Of a DNA stretch of 64,000 nucleotides, positions 18,943-28,380 are shown piece after piece (the first letter of the stretch is position 1; each line of letters opens with the position of its first letter). The notes beneath the pieces are model-generated. The model did not search any database, had not been told where the DNA came from, and was given only the letters and a program-made list of their open reading frames with translations. The DNA comes from a virus: positions 4,052 through 68,051 of IMG/VR virus record IMGVR_UViG_3300030093_000028; one strand, written 5' to 3'. Both the position numbers and the translations under genes were made by a program.

Positions 18943-19524
18943 ATGGCAACGGCGGGAATTGGCAGCAATAAAGAATCGCAGATTAAGTATTTGCGTGCGC
19001 AGGCAGAGTATGACTTTGCATGGACGAAATACTTTGACGAGATTTGCGAGGTCATTGCAAGGTATGACGGCAAGCAGGCTACTAAGCGTATCGCAACGGC
19101 GCTCAAGAAGGTCAACAACAACATTAGCTTTGACGTGAAAAAAGGCAATGGCGATAGGGGTTATATCTATATTGGATGGTATGACTTTGATGGTCGCATC
19201 TGGCGCAACGATAGCAACGATGAATGGGCTTACCTACGCACCGATAGCAACAAGTATCATATTATCATGGCGTTTGTCGATGATGTTTATTGCCTTGATG
19301 CCAACAATCTTATCAATCAGATAACCAACGCAAAGAATCAGGCAATCGATAATTATAATGAGACTATTGAAGCGCTCAATAATTTTGACGCATTGAAAGC
19401 GGAATATAATAAGGCGGTAGAGACGCTTAAAGAGATTGGTTCTAAGATTCCATCTAGCATTTACAGTCGATATGATTTGAATAGTTACAATGTGTATGAG
19501 TGGGGCAACTACTTTAGGGGATAG
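18943..19524 (+). CDS. hypothetical protein (193 aa)
   Basis: Promoter-like ttaTGGTATtcTATAGACAA (18891-18910). RBS AGAAGGGA. A coiled-coil-like C-terminus. Confidence 0.5.
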   Translation: MATAGIGSNKESQIKYLRAQAEYDFAWTKYFDEICEVIARYDGKQATKRIATALKKVNNNISFDVKKGNGDRGYIYIGWYDFDGRIWRNDSNDEWAYLRTDSNKYHIIMAFVDDVYCLDANNLINQITNAKNQAIDNYNETIEALNNFDALKAEYNKAVETLKEIGSKIPSSIYSRYDLNSYNVYEWGNYFRG

Positions 19525-19543
19525 TTAATCAACGTAAACATTA

Positions 19544-19576
19544 TAGGGACTGGGTATCTAGTCCCTATTTTTTTGT
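19544..19576 (+). terminator. intrinsic terminator TAGGGAC-N10-GTCCCTA followed by T7
   Basis: 7-bp stem plus T-run. Confidence 0.6.
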
Positions 19577-19901
19577 CTAGTCTTTGGAATATATGGCATT
19601 GCATTTTATACGCGATATAGCGCCTATTTACCCCCGATATTTTCTCTATGGGTACTTGCTAGGGTCGAGTGCTTATCGGGGCAAATAGGGTCAAATAAGA
19701 CGCTCTAAGCCTATAAAACGACCCTTTTGAGAATGGGGTACACAACGTCAAAATACACGACCAAAGACAACGCGGAAAATTACACCATACAGACCGACTA
19801 TCATTGTATGGAGAAACTGTGGAGACGGATATTCTCAATTACACACGGAAAATCTTTGGTACTATATAACCAAGGTAAAGCACCAGACGAAAGGTGAGAA
19901 C

Positions 19902-20060
19902 ATGGGTAAGGTCGTAATGGAAAATAAGCACGGTGAGATTTGCTGTGAGCTTGTTTACGATGGAAGCTATTGGAGGTTTCCCGATTCATACGATACGGAT
20001 TATCCCTTTGAGATTGGTGATAGCTTTAGAATCGTAAAGATTGAAGATACGGAAGATTAG
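19902..20060 (+). CDS. small hypothetical protein (52 aa)
   Basis: Promoter-like tTGGTACTATaTAACC (19855-19871). RBS GAAAGG then ATG 19902. Followed by terminator GGGCG-N12-CGCCC-TTTTATTTT (20071-20100). Confidence 0.4.
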   Translation: MGKVVMENKHGEICCELVYDGSYWRFPDSYDTDYPFEIGDSFRIVKIEDTED

Positions 20061-20180
20061 GAATAAGACTGGGCGGATAATCTATTCGCCCTTTTATTTT
20101 CTTGTCTGTATCATATGGAAAAAATCTTGCGAAGCATCTTTATCTATTTTGTATATATCTCTTTTGTTAGGAATGTTCAT

Positions 20181-20287
20181 TTTTCCACAAAAAACGTGGA
20201 CAACTATACCCTATTTATGATACTTGTCCACGAAAAGTGTGGACAAGTAGGAGAGTTTTGCAACTTGTCCACGGAAAATGTGGACAA
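20181..20287. promoter_or_regulatory. second operator-like cluster: three TTGTCCAC-N7-GTGGACAA palindromes at ~42-bp spacing
   Basis: Sites at 20181-20203 (degenerate left half), 20224-20246 and 20265-20287. The first site carries the same GTGGACAACTATACC extension as the cluster at 11440-11546. The cluster lies upstream of gene 20456. Confidence 0.65.
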
Positions 20288-20455
20288 CCTAAAGATACTA
20301 CACACTTTGTTATCATTTGTGGAATATCTAGCAAGATGGAATATATAATTATGGAGATAAAGTGGATTGCTAGATTTAAAGGGGTCGATTTCGATGCCTT
20401 TAAACGCATGTGATATACTTTGGATAAAGAAAACCACGAGACGGAAAGGTTTCAT

Positions 20456-20920
20456 ATGTTTGTCGATGGTAACATTTGGGTCGCTGACTATTCTGATGTT
20501 GACGAGATTCGGAAAAAGTGCAAGCAGGGATACAGGTTCATCGGTGATGTTGAGTACGACGTACCTATTGTGAAGAATCAAAAGACGTGGTATCGCTTTA
20601 AGTCAACGGATGATAGTATCGCTGGGTATCTCTATATTACGGAGCATCGTATTAAAGATGTGTTTGATTTGTTGAGAACTAACGTGATTGTTCACACGGA
20701 AGATAATAACACGTTTGTGTTCCATCCCTATGGTATGACAATCAATCGTAAAAAGACTATCGTGTACAAGCGTGATACCGTGGTGGAATATTTCCCTCAA
20801 AAAAATCAATACAAGGGGCTTAGTCCTTATGGTGCTGTGTCGAGCTACGTAAATGTGCATCGCTACCGTAGTATGCACAATACGCTTGTCAACCTTGGGT
20901 ATATCGGCGCTAAAAATTAG
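20456..20920 (+). CDS. hypothetical protein (154 aa), first gene downstream of operator cluster 2
   Basis: RBS GAAAGG then ATG 20456. Confidence 0.5.
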   Translation: MFVDGNIWVADYSDVDEIRKKCKQGYRFIGDVEYDVPIVKNQKTWYRFKSTDDSIAGYLYITEHRIKDVFDLLRTNVIVHTEDNNTFVFHPYGMTINRKKTIVYKRDTVVEYFPQKNQYKGLSPYGAVSSYVNVHRYRSMHNTLVNLGYIGAKN

Positions 20921-21208
20921 CGGAAAAGTTTTGAAAACTACTTGACAGCTACGCATCAGCTTATTACAATGTTGGTACAACATAAATGATACGGAACAAA
21001 AACGAACTAGCTTTTATGTTGCATACCGCCTTTTGTTTGGTGTTGGTATGAATGTGGTTGGTGTCTGATTGGTGGTTCTTTCAGGCGGATTAGGGGAGTG
21101 CATATGTGCTCCCCTTTTCTTTTGTGGAAAACTATATGGAGAAAATATGTTGTAGCCATAATCGTGATACTATTAAACCATGGAGCAAACCAGACGGAAG
21201 GAATTGCA

Positions 21209-21841
21209 ATGCTCGTTACTTTGGATGCAAAAGAACTTTTGGCAGCTGCTCGTCTTGCCTATGATAAAGACCAGATTCGTAGCTGGTGCAAGTGTCTGCT
21301 TATCAAAGTTCGCTACGACAAATATACGATTGTCGGCAGTGATGGGTATAAGCTGATCGAGTTTGAGCATAAGGTTAATTACGATGCCGCCGATGTTTCA
21401 GAAAAGCATAACGCCGATTTCCTTCTCTATGTTGAAGATGTAAAGAAGTATGTAAAGTCAACTGATAGTTGCGTGACTATTGACTATGATGGTGATGCAG
21501 ATAATTTAACAGCGCATATCTATCAACAGAAAAAGTCTGATAATTGGTTGCGTGATGTTGTCGGGTTTGATAATCTATCTAAGTTTGGATGGGAGTATAT
21601 CGACTATAAACGCATCATTGAATCGCAACGCGATAATGACGGAACCGTTCATCAAGGATATAGCGCATGGGTAAACGCTGATTATATGGCTGATATTTGC
21701 GCTGCTGTGAAACTTGCATACGGAAAAAGCACGCCTATTCAGATTATGATGGGTCTTGAGGGACGCGCTATGGAGTTTATGACAAGCGATTATAAGAATG
21801 AGCGTAGCTGTTTCGGAATGGTTATGCCAGTTAGACGATAG
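21209..21841 (+). CDS. short sliding-clamp (DnaN)-like protein (210 aa)
   Basis: The N-terminus MLVTLDAKELLAAARLAYDKDQ...LLIKVRYDKYTIVGSDGYKLIE follows the DnaN domain-I pattern (M.f.i.r..L...l..v...........L...A.D...L.ATDGHRLA). Only about two clamp domains in length. Promoter-like cgTGATACTATtAAACC at 21162-21178. Confidence 0.4.
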   Translation: MLVTLDAKELLAAARLAYDKDQIRSWCKCLLIKVRYDKYTIVGSDGYKLIEFEHKVNYDAADVSEKHNADFLLYVEDVKKYVKSTDSCVTIDYDGDADNLTAHIYQQKKSDNWLRDVVGFDNLSKFGWEYIDYKRIIESQRDNDGTVHQGYSAWVNADYMADICAAVKLAYGKSTPIQIMMGLEGRAMEFMTSDYKNERSCFGMVMPVRR

Positions 21842-21851
21842 CTCAATCTAA

Positions 21852-21877
21852 GCGCCCCTGTTATGGGGCGCTTTTTT
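21852..21877 (+). terminator. intrinsic terminator AGCGCCCC-TGTTA-TGGGGCGCT followed by T6
   Basis: 8-bp GC stem plus T-run. Confidence 0.7.
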
Positions 21878-22018
21878 GTTTCGGTTGTCGGAAAAAATCA
21901 GACAATTGAAACACGTAGTTAATTGTGTTGATGTTGTGAAGGTAAAGGTTCTCGTCTATATGGAATAAATCTTTGATAATATATAGACAAGGAAAGAGCA
22001 GACGAGAAAGGAACTGTG

Positions 22019-22432
22019 ATGGACATTCAGGTTAAAGAATGTGATGGTAAGCGTTACAAGGTCTACAATGATACTTGGTATTGGTTTGATACGCCCGATA
22101 GGGTCATTCAGATTCTTGATGGCGCAATGAAGAACCATGAGCGTATTCGTGTTTTCTATGGAGATACTGAAACTGGACGCGACTGGTGCGAGTTCTTTGA
22201 TACTATTGGTTACGTTAGCCGCAGTTGTGGCAACTTTAAGATTCCTTTGTTGATTAATAACAGTCGCTCCATTGGCGGCCCTAGTATTCTTGATGGAAAT
22301 ATTGTGAAGATTACCATTGACAAGGTTGTCGTTTATCAGCATCCAAATTATCATTTGGATGAATCTAAGTTTGATGGCTTGAATAATAAGCAGATTGATT
22401 TTCTTAAAGGCAAACGCAACCGTGAGTTCTAG
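22019..22432 (+). CDS. hypothetical protein (137 aa)
   Basis: RBS GAAAGG. ATG 22019. Confidence 0.5.
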   Translation: MDIQVKECDGKRYKVYNDTWYWFDTPDRVIQILDGAMKNHERIRVFYGDTETGRDWCEFFDTIGYVSRSCGNFKIPLLINNSRSIGGPSILDGNIVKITIDKVVVYQHPNYHLDESKFDGLNNKQIDFLKGKRNREF

Positions 22433-22469
22433 TAACTCTAATTGAAAGAATATAACATTGGCTGATACT

Positions 22470-22820
22470 ATGGGCTTTAACTATGACGAGACTTATACCC
22501 TTATGCGTAAGTTTCGTGAGTTGACCAAACAAGAAGTACGTATCATGGATTACCTTATGAAGATGGATGTTTTCGAGGGTACGTATAGCGAGCTTGCAAA
22601 AGCTATTGGCGATGAAAAGCTATGCAGCAATGTACGCAAGGCACTGTTGCATTTGCAAAGTATGGGTATCGTGAATATCGTAAATGTTTATTACGAGGAT
22701 GAAGCGAAAGACCATAAGAGCAACCCGATGAAGGCGTGTTTTATCGTTGATGGATGGATGTACGCCTTTTTAATGGGTGGCTGGGATAAGGTTGAGTTCG
22801 GTACACGCGCTTGGGATTAG
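22470..22820 (+). CDS. winged-helix (MarR/DnaD-like) DNA-binding protein
   Basis: HTH-like segment YSELAKAIGDEKLCSNVRKALLHLQSMGIV. Confidence 0.4.
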   Translation: MGFNYDETYTLMRKFRELTKQEVRIMDYLMKMDVFEGTYSELAKAIGDEKLCSNVRKALLHLQSMGIVNIVNVYYEDEAKDHKSNPMKACFIVDGWMYAFLMGGWDKVEFGTRAWD

Positions 22821-22863
22821 CGTGTCTTAAATCGTATTACAATAGCTTAGAAAGGTGGTTGCC

Positions 22864-23082
22864 ATGAAGATTGAGCAGCTTAGTGATGATGAAATGTATG
22901 AGCTTAAAGACAAGCTATATACTGATTTTTATTACAATCAAGACGCATTGCCGCCGATGATTGCTACTGAACGTAATGTTTTGGCAAGCGCGACATACCC
23001 TACGGATATTCCAGATTGGCTGATGTATAATCTTTACCAAGGTACAGAGTTTACCGAAGATGACTTTTGGTGCAACCTATAG
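22864..23082 (+). CDS. small acidic hypothetical protein (72 aa)
   Basis: RBS AGGTGG then ATG 22864. Confidence 0.45.
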   Translation: MKIEQLSDDEMYELKDKLYTDFYYNQDALPPMIATERNVLASATYPTDIPDWLMYNLYQGTEFTEDDFWCNL

Positions 23083-23297
23083 CCTTGCCATGTTGGAATA
23101 TATAATATCACGTCTCATAGGCGGCAACACTATCCCACGCCTTTTCTCACTTTCTTTCCTTTCATTGTGTTGCCGTCTATAAGGCGTGATATTTTTTGTG
23201 GAGGAAATATGAACTTGAAATATAGTTGACATGTAGTTACCAACTATATATACTATTAGTCAATGAAAGAGAAAGAACCTTAGAGAAAGGTACTACG

Positions 23298-24176
23298 ATG
23301 AAAGAGACTATGACCCATACGATTCATACTTCCACTACTTGCATTGGAAACTTTATCTGCACTGGGCTTTACGAGACTTATCTTGGAGAGCTTTGGGGAG
23401 GTATCCCGTATGACATGCGCGACAAGGCTGATGATGAAATCGGTAAGTGCGCTGTGGATTATATCAACGATGCCCTTTGGACGGATGTTTTCCCGTCTGA
23501 TTATGATGATGATTTTGAAGTGACGTATACTGGTACGTATCATCCGAAGTGGTATAATTTTGAGACTGATTCGACCCTGTTTGATTTTGCATATACGGAT
23601 AAATTGTGTGAGTATATGCTTGGCTATGCCGCCATGAACCGTGATAACTTTGAGGAGTTTCTTGAGAAGAAGTATACTTCTCACGATGGTTATGTGTCGT
23701 TCACGCCTAACAACTGGGACGATTGGTATGATGGATATATCAAAGATGATTTTCGTTGCGTATCCGCGCTGATTTATTTCATGCTTATCATGCTTTCTTG
23801 CGTTAATATTGATGATAACTACAATTTTGTAGGCGACAACAGTTATCAGTATGGCTTTATTGATAATTGTGTACAGACTATTTCAGAAGATTTCACGCCT
23901 TATGACTATGCTGTGAAGTATGAGAATGGAATGGTTGTCGCTGTATTCAGTGACTATGACGAGGACGGCGAGCTTTTCAATTGCTATCTGCTTGATGCTG
24001 ACGGTAATGTGATTAAGCATGAGCAGATTTCAGACGAATACAATGAGTTCAACCGTAGTGCGTTTGCAGCATTTCAGTATGGTGATGTTGAGCGTGTGTT
24101 GGATGATGATACAATGCTTTACCATATGCACAGTGAGCCTTGTATTACTCCCGATATTCCCGAGCATGAGTGCTAA
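23298..24176 (+). CDS. large highly acidic hypothetical protein (292 aa); possible DNA-mimic
   Basis: RBS GAGAAAGG then ATG 23298. D/E/Y/W-rich throughout. Confidence 0.5.
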   Translation: MKETMTHTIHTSTTCIGNFICTGLYETYLGELWGGIPYDMRDKADDEIGKCAVDYINDALWTDVFPSDYDDDFEVTYTGTYHPKWYNFETDSTLFDFAYTDKLCEYMLGYAAMNRDNFEEFLEKKYTSHDGYVSFTPNNWDDWYDGYIKDDFRCVSALIYFMLIMLSCVNIDDNYNFVGDNSYQYGFIDNCVQTISEDFTPYDYAVKYENGMVVAVFSDYDEDGELFNCYLLDADGNVIKHEQISDEYNEFNRSAFAAFQYGDVERVLDDDTMLYHMHSEPCITPDIPEHEC

Positions 24177-24348
24177 TGGGTGATACGGCGTATTGCACTT
24201 GGAATAATAAACAAGGTGCCTTTGTTATTAAGAATGAGTCCGATTTAGAAAAGCTCAAAGAAGATATACAAAGGCACCTTGACGCGCTGCTCAATATGTG
24301 CAATAATCTATCGCAGGTTTATTAGTGTCCGCATAAAAGGAGTATAAT

Positions 24349-24762
24349 ATGCTGACTGCGATTTGCAAGAGTATGGAAGATGCTGATTATTGGGCTTATG
24401 ACGATACGATTGAGGATGTTCTTGAGGATATTGTCTATGTAGCTGACAGTGAGCATTGTGCTGGCGAGCATGAGTGCGTGGCTTCTGCCCTTGATCCAAA
24501 GGGTAATGATTGGTATACTGATTCTTTACAGACAAATGAAATGATGTTGTCTGATGATGAATTGTTTGTGGTTACTTACTATGTCTATGATGGTAACGGT
24601 TCATTTGACGAGCTGGTCGATTTTGCTATCACTAAGAACGATATTATTAACAACGTTCTCACGAATAAATATGTCGAGGGCGCTTATTATTGGACGTTTG
24701 GACAGATGCTAAAGACCACTAATGACTGGCTTAATGGCAAGTATGGTGAGTATGACGATTAG
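24349..24762 (+). CDS. acidic hypothetical protein (137 aa)
   Basis: SD AAAGGAG then ATG 24349. D/E-rich. Followed by terminator AGCAGGGC-N7-GCCCTGCT (24801-24828). Confidence 0.5.
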   Translation: MLTAICKSMEDADYWAYDDTIEDVLEDIVYVADSEHCAGEHECVASALDPKGNDWYTDSLQTNEMMLSDDELFVVTYYVYDGNGSFDELVDFAITKNDIINNVLTNKYVEGAYYWTFGQMLKTTNDWLNGKYGEYDD

Positions 24763-24902
24763 TTTTTAATCGTGTCTTATACGGAAAAGTAAAACGTTTT
24801 AGCAGGGCTGTTTAAGCCCTGCTTTCTTATCTACTTGATAACTACTTTTATATGCAATACAATATAGTTAGACTAATGTAACATATAAAGGAGTGCTTAT
24901 GT

Positions 24903-25112
24903 ATGTCAAGTATGAAAGTAAATGTCCAGAAAAATGAACGCGCCATGCTTAATACGACAATAAACAAAGACGTTTTAGATAGCTTTAAAGCCCATTGTAA
25001 AAGCGCTGGGATGCCTATGAACACGGTATTGGAGACGTTCATGGTACAGTTTGTATCAGGCGAGTTTGTGTTAAAGATAGGCAAGAGCAATAAGATTGAT
25101 ATTAAAGACTAG
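24903..25112 (+). CDS. DinJ/RelB-like ribbon-helix-helix antitoxin homolog, paralog 1
   Basis: ...ERAMLNTTINKDVLDSFKAHCKSAGMPMNTVLETFMVQF... resembles DinJ/RelB (R..ID..LK..A..VL...G.T.S..V......V). SD AAGGAG. Followed by terminator AGACTAGC-N4-GCTAGTCT-T6 (25106-25132). Confidence 0.5.
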   Translation: MSSMKVNVQKNERAMLNTTINKDVLDSFKAHCKSAGMPMNTVLETFMVQFVSGEFVLKIGKSNKIDIKD

Positions 25113-25312
25113 CATTTAGCTAGTCTTTTTTGTTTGAAATATCTACTTGACAACTATATGATAAGTAGTATCATGTATGTTGATAGTCGGAAGAAAGGAT
25201 AGACCGTGGGTATGAATAGCGATGACTGGAAAATTATAATCTTTTGTTTTATTTTTTGTACGACATTGCTTGTTTTAGAGTTTATCCATATATATAGTTA
25301 GGTTGGAAAATT

Positions 25313-25654
25313 ATGAGTAACGTTGGGTTTGTTACCATGGAAGAGCCGACTGCTATTCCACAAGAGGTAACGGAAAAGGTTGACGATGTGTTTGCCAAGA
25401 TGGCGCAAACAGTTAAAGACAAGGTATATGTTGTATGGTATGATAATGGAGAAGAGTATGATGATAACTATCAAGACATAGATAGAATCTTTTCCAGCTA
25501 TGATGATGCCGCTAAATATCTTGATGATTGCGGCTATATAAAGCAGGTCGAGAACGGATATGGTGGAGAATATATAGAGTGGCATGTGCCATATGACGAG
25601 GAATATCCATATAATAATTCATGTTATTTCATTCGTGAGTTTGATTTGTACTAA
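25313..25654 (+). CDS. acidic hypothetical protein (113 aa)
   Basis: ATG preceded by GGAAAA. D/E/Y-rich. Confidence 0.45.
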   Translation: MSNVGFVTMEEPTAIPQEVTEKVDDVFAKMAQTVKDKVYVVWYDNGEEYDDNYQDIDRIFSSYDDAAKYLDDCGYIKQVENGYGGEYIEWHVPYDEEYPYNNSCYFIREFDLY

Positions 25655-25669
25655 TTGTTAGGAGAAAAA

Positions 25670-25867
25670 ATGTCTAAGATTCATCCACGCTGCTGCGCTA
25701 ACTGTCGTAATTGCGAGCCGTTTGATAATGGCTTTGAGGTGCAGGACGATGAAGCAGGCTATTGCAAGGCGCATGAGTGGGAGATTGTATACTTGGATGA
25801 TGATTCGTGGTGCGATGATTTTGTAGCTGTGAAATCGACCCGTGTACGTGACGAGGACTGGGATTAG
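25670..25867 (+). CDS. small Cys-rich zinc-ribbon protein (65 aa)
   Basis: SD AGGAG. Motifs CCANCRNC...CKAHEW...WCDDF. Confidence 0.45.
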   Translation: MSKIHPRCCANCRNCEPFDNGFEVQDDEAGYCKAHEWEIVYLDDDSWCDDFVAVKSTRVRDEDWD

Positions 25868-25868
25868 C

Positions 25869-26060
25869 ATGGTGGAAAACAATAAGGTTGTACTCAATAC
25901 AACCATCGACAAGGATGTTAAAGACGCTTTCAGTGCCTATTGCAAACAGGTTGGTTTCTCTATGAATACGGTGCTAGAGATTCTTATGCGACAATTTGCG
26001 AATGGTGAGTTTCGTATTAAGTTTGAAAAGAATAAGTTGGATCTTGATTTAGAAGAATAA
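25869..26060 (+). CDS. DinJ/RelB-like antitoxin homolog, paralog 2
   Basis: VLNTTIDKDVKDAFSAYCKQVGFSMNTVLEILMRQF is ~45 percent identical to 24903-25112. Followed by terminator GGGTGGAAC-N8-GTTCCACCC-T6 (26087-26118). Confidence 0.5.
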   Translation: MVENNKVVLNTTIDKDVKDAFSAYCKQVGFSMNTVLEILMRQFANGEFRIKFEKNKLDLDLEE

Positions 26061-26216
26061 TACCTTGTATATAGGTTATAATAGACGGGTGGAACATTTA
26101 TAGTTCCACCCTTTTTTATTTTCAAAATTGACTGCAAAAATATGAGCTAACTACTTGATAACTACATTGATATAAGGTAGAATATAGTAAAGAAAGACGA
26201 GAGGAAGGGATTGATA

Positions 26217-27020
26217 ATGGCTAGTCCAGCATTTGCGCCAGTTGTTGTGGAAGAAAAGCAGCAGAACAATATCATTCCGTTTAGTGTTATCATTGGCACT
26301 AAAGATGTTAAGCCTAAAAGTCCGAAGGCTCGTGATAATAGCGGTGGATTAAAGCCTGCTGGTGTATCTTCTGAGGTGTATGCTTTCCGTACCGATGAAG
26401 AGATTAAGTCTATGATTGATGTGTTTGACAAGCATATCAATGAAGCTACCGATGAACACCATCGTCAGCTTGCCAGTCGGAACAAGCTGCTGTTCGTTAT
26501 TGGTATCAATGTCGGTCTGCGTGCAAGCGATTTGATTACGCTTAAATGGAGTTTCTTCTTGGACGGTGTTGAGGACGGGGAGTATAAGTTTAAGGACTTC
26601 TATACTTTGCAACCTAAAAAAACACGTAAGCAGAAGAAGTTTGTCAAGTTGTTCTTTAATAACACCGTGAAGAAAGTTATTGTAGAGCACCTTAATGAGT
26701 TCCCTGCGGATAATTTAAACGAGTATATGTTTAAATCCCGTGAGGGTGACGGCGCTATTGCAGCTACTACTCTTTGGCGTATTATCAAGAACGCAGCTAA
26801 GGAAGCTGGGATTAACCAGAATATCGGTAGCCATTCCTTGAGGAAATCATTCGGCTTTAGGGCATGGCACGATGCGGAAGATAAGGATAAGGCGCTTGTC
26901 ATTCTAAGCTATGTGTTCAATCATAGCAGCGTAGCTACTACACGAAAATACATCGGCATTATGGATGATGAAATCAAAGACGTGTTCGACAGTCTTGAGC
27001 TTGGTTATGATTTTATTTAA
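26217..27020 (+). CDS. tyrosine recombinase / integrase (small, XerD/FimB-size)
   Basis: Box I GLRASDL. Box II HSLRKSFG plus NHSSVATTRKYIG, which carries the catalytic Tyr. Confidence 0.8.
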   Translation: MASPAFAPVVVEEKQQNNIIPFSVIIGTKDVKPKSPKARDNSGGLKPAGVSSEVYAFRTDEEIKSMIDVFDKHINEATDEHHRQLASRNKLLFVIGINVGLRASDLITLKWSFFLDGVEDGEYKFKDFYTLQPKKTRKQKKFVKLFFNNTVKKVIVEHLNEFPADNLNEYMFKSREGDGAIAATTLWRIIKNAAKEAGINQNIGSHSLRKSFGFRAWHDAEDKDKALVILSYVFNHSSVATTRKYIGIMDDEIKDVFDSLELGYDFI

Positions 27021-27035
27021 TGAAAGGTGAGTATC

Positions 27036-27221
27036 ATGGGTCTGTTTGGTCGGAAAAAAGACATTACCAACATGGTATTTGACTGGGATTTGTACTGGAA
27101 AGATATTGAGAGTGGCGTTGATAATAAAACTATAGTCAAGAAGATGGAAAATCTTGATTACTATGTGAGCAAGGCTGAACAGTTATACGGAAAAATTTCA
27201 GTAGCGGCATACGCAAAGTAA
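27036..27221 (+). CDS. small hypothetical protein (61 aa)
   Basis: RBS AAAGGTGAG then ATG 27036. Confidence 0.4.
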   Translation: MGLFGRKKDITNMVFDWDLYWKDIESGVDNKTIVKKMENLDYYVSKAEQLYGKISVAAYAK

Positions 27222-27323
27222 TTGATATAAGGCGGTTGTTTTTTGACAGTCGCCTTTGTTTATTATAATCTTAGATATTGAAGAGTGTTGGAGTGGTAAA
27301 ACAAAACTAAGAGAAGGGAGCGC

Positions 27324-28265
27324 TTGTCTTTGCGGAAAAATTTTGATGACTTTATACAGACATTTGATTCCGATAACACGGCAAAGGTGGCTAAATCATT
27401 ATGTGTTATAGGCGAATATGATTATTCAAATTGCACACCTGTTGATTTGCAAAATATTATATTAGGAATGAATCCTAATAGCCCAAAGGCTATAACGACT
27501 ATTATATATATCCTTGGTTTGTATGCCAAATATCTTGACAATAAAGATATGGAATATATGTTGAATGACTTGGATCGGAATATTCTTTGGTCATTAGCCA
27601 AACCAAATGCTTCTAAGAAATTTATTTCCAATGCGCAGTTTGAAAAGATATACCATGATATAGGAATGTATGAGGACTATAACGGATTCTATATACAGAC
27701 ACTATTTAGAAGCCTATATGAAGGTATCTATAACGATGATATGAGCGTTGTGAAGAACCTTAGAGCGGAAAATATATGGTGGGATGGAGCAACGTTAAAG
27801 CCCGATAATGGTGAGCCGTATGATATATCTATATCGGAAAAATTAGCCGATGATTTGATTAAGCTGAGCGAAATTGATATATGGGAAAGACGGAACAGGT
27901 ATGGGACATGCAAGATACCAATAGTCGGATTGCATGAAGACAGCTGTTTCAAGGTGGAGAATCGCAAAGGCAGTTCGGAATATTCTTATAGGTTCAGCTA
28001 CTACAGGCTGTTGCGGAATATATCTAAGAACTATGTTGGATATAATCTGTTGCCGCTACAGATATATGTGAGTGGAATAATGCATAGGATAACATTGGAA
28101 TTAGACAAGTGTGGAATAAATATCAAAGATGCCTTTGCGGACAATAACAAGGATAGAAAAGTGAATGGAATAATTTCAGATGAATTGAAGCGCAGCATGT
28201 GCGATACGCCAGTGCGGAACTTTAGGGAAATGGTCAAAGGGCATATAGATATTTTCTCTTCTTAG
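27324..28265 (+). CDS. hypothetical protein (313 aa), TTG start; possibly recombinase-associated
   Basis: RBS GAGAAGGGAG. No diagnostic motif. Confidence 0.45.
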   Translation: MSLRKNFDDFIQTFDSDNTAKVAKSLCVIGEYDYSNCTPVDLQNIILGMNPNSPKAITTIIYILGLYAKYLDNKDMEYMLNDLDRNILWSLAKPNASKKFISNAQFEKIYHDIGMYEDYNGFYIQTLFRSLYEGIYNDDMSVVKNLRAENIWWDGATLKPDNGEPYDISISEKLADDLIKLSEIDIWERRNRYGTCKIPIVGLHEDSCFKVENRKGSSEYSYRFSYYRLLRNISKNYVGYNLLPLQIYVSGIMHRITLELDKCGINIKDAFADNNKDRKVNGIISDELKRSMCDTPVRNFREMVKGHIDIFSS

Positions 28266-28380
28266 ATGGAATATTTTATATGATGCAAATGATATGGTTT
28301 GGTGCTAATATCTTAGTGTTGTGAAGTATTGCTATATTCTAAATATTTCACAACACACTTCTTGAGAGGAGCATTTGCAT

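Noticed and set aside
26217-27020. Window being a prophage end with attL/attR next to the integrase
   Set aside because: No host-like genes or abrupt phage/host junction were visible. The tRNAs present are a phage-type array, not a single host tRNA target. Integration status cannot be decided from this window.
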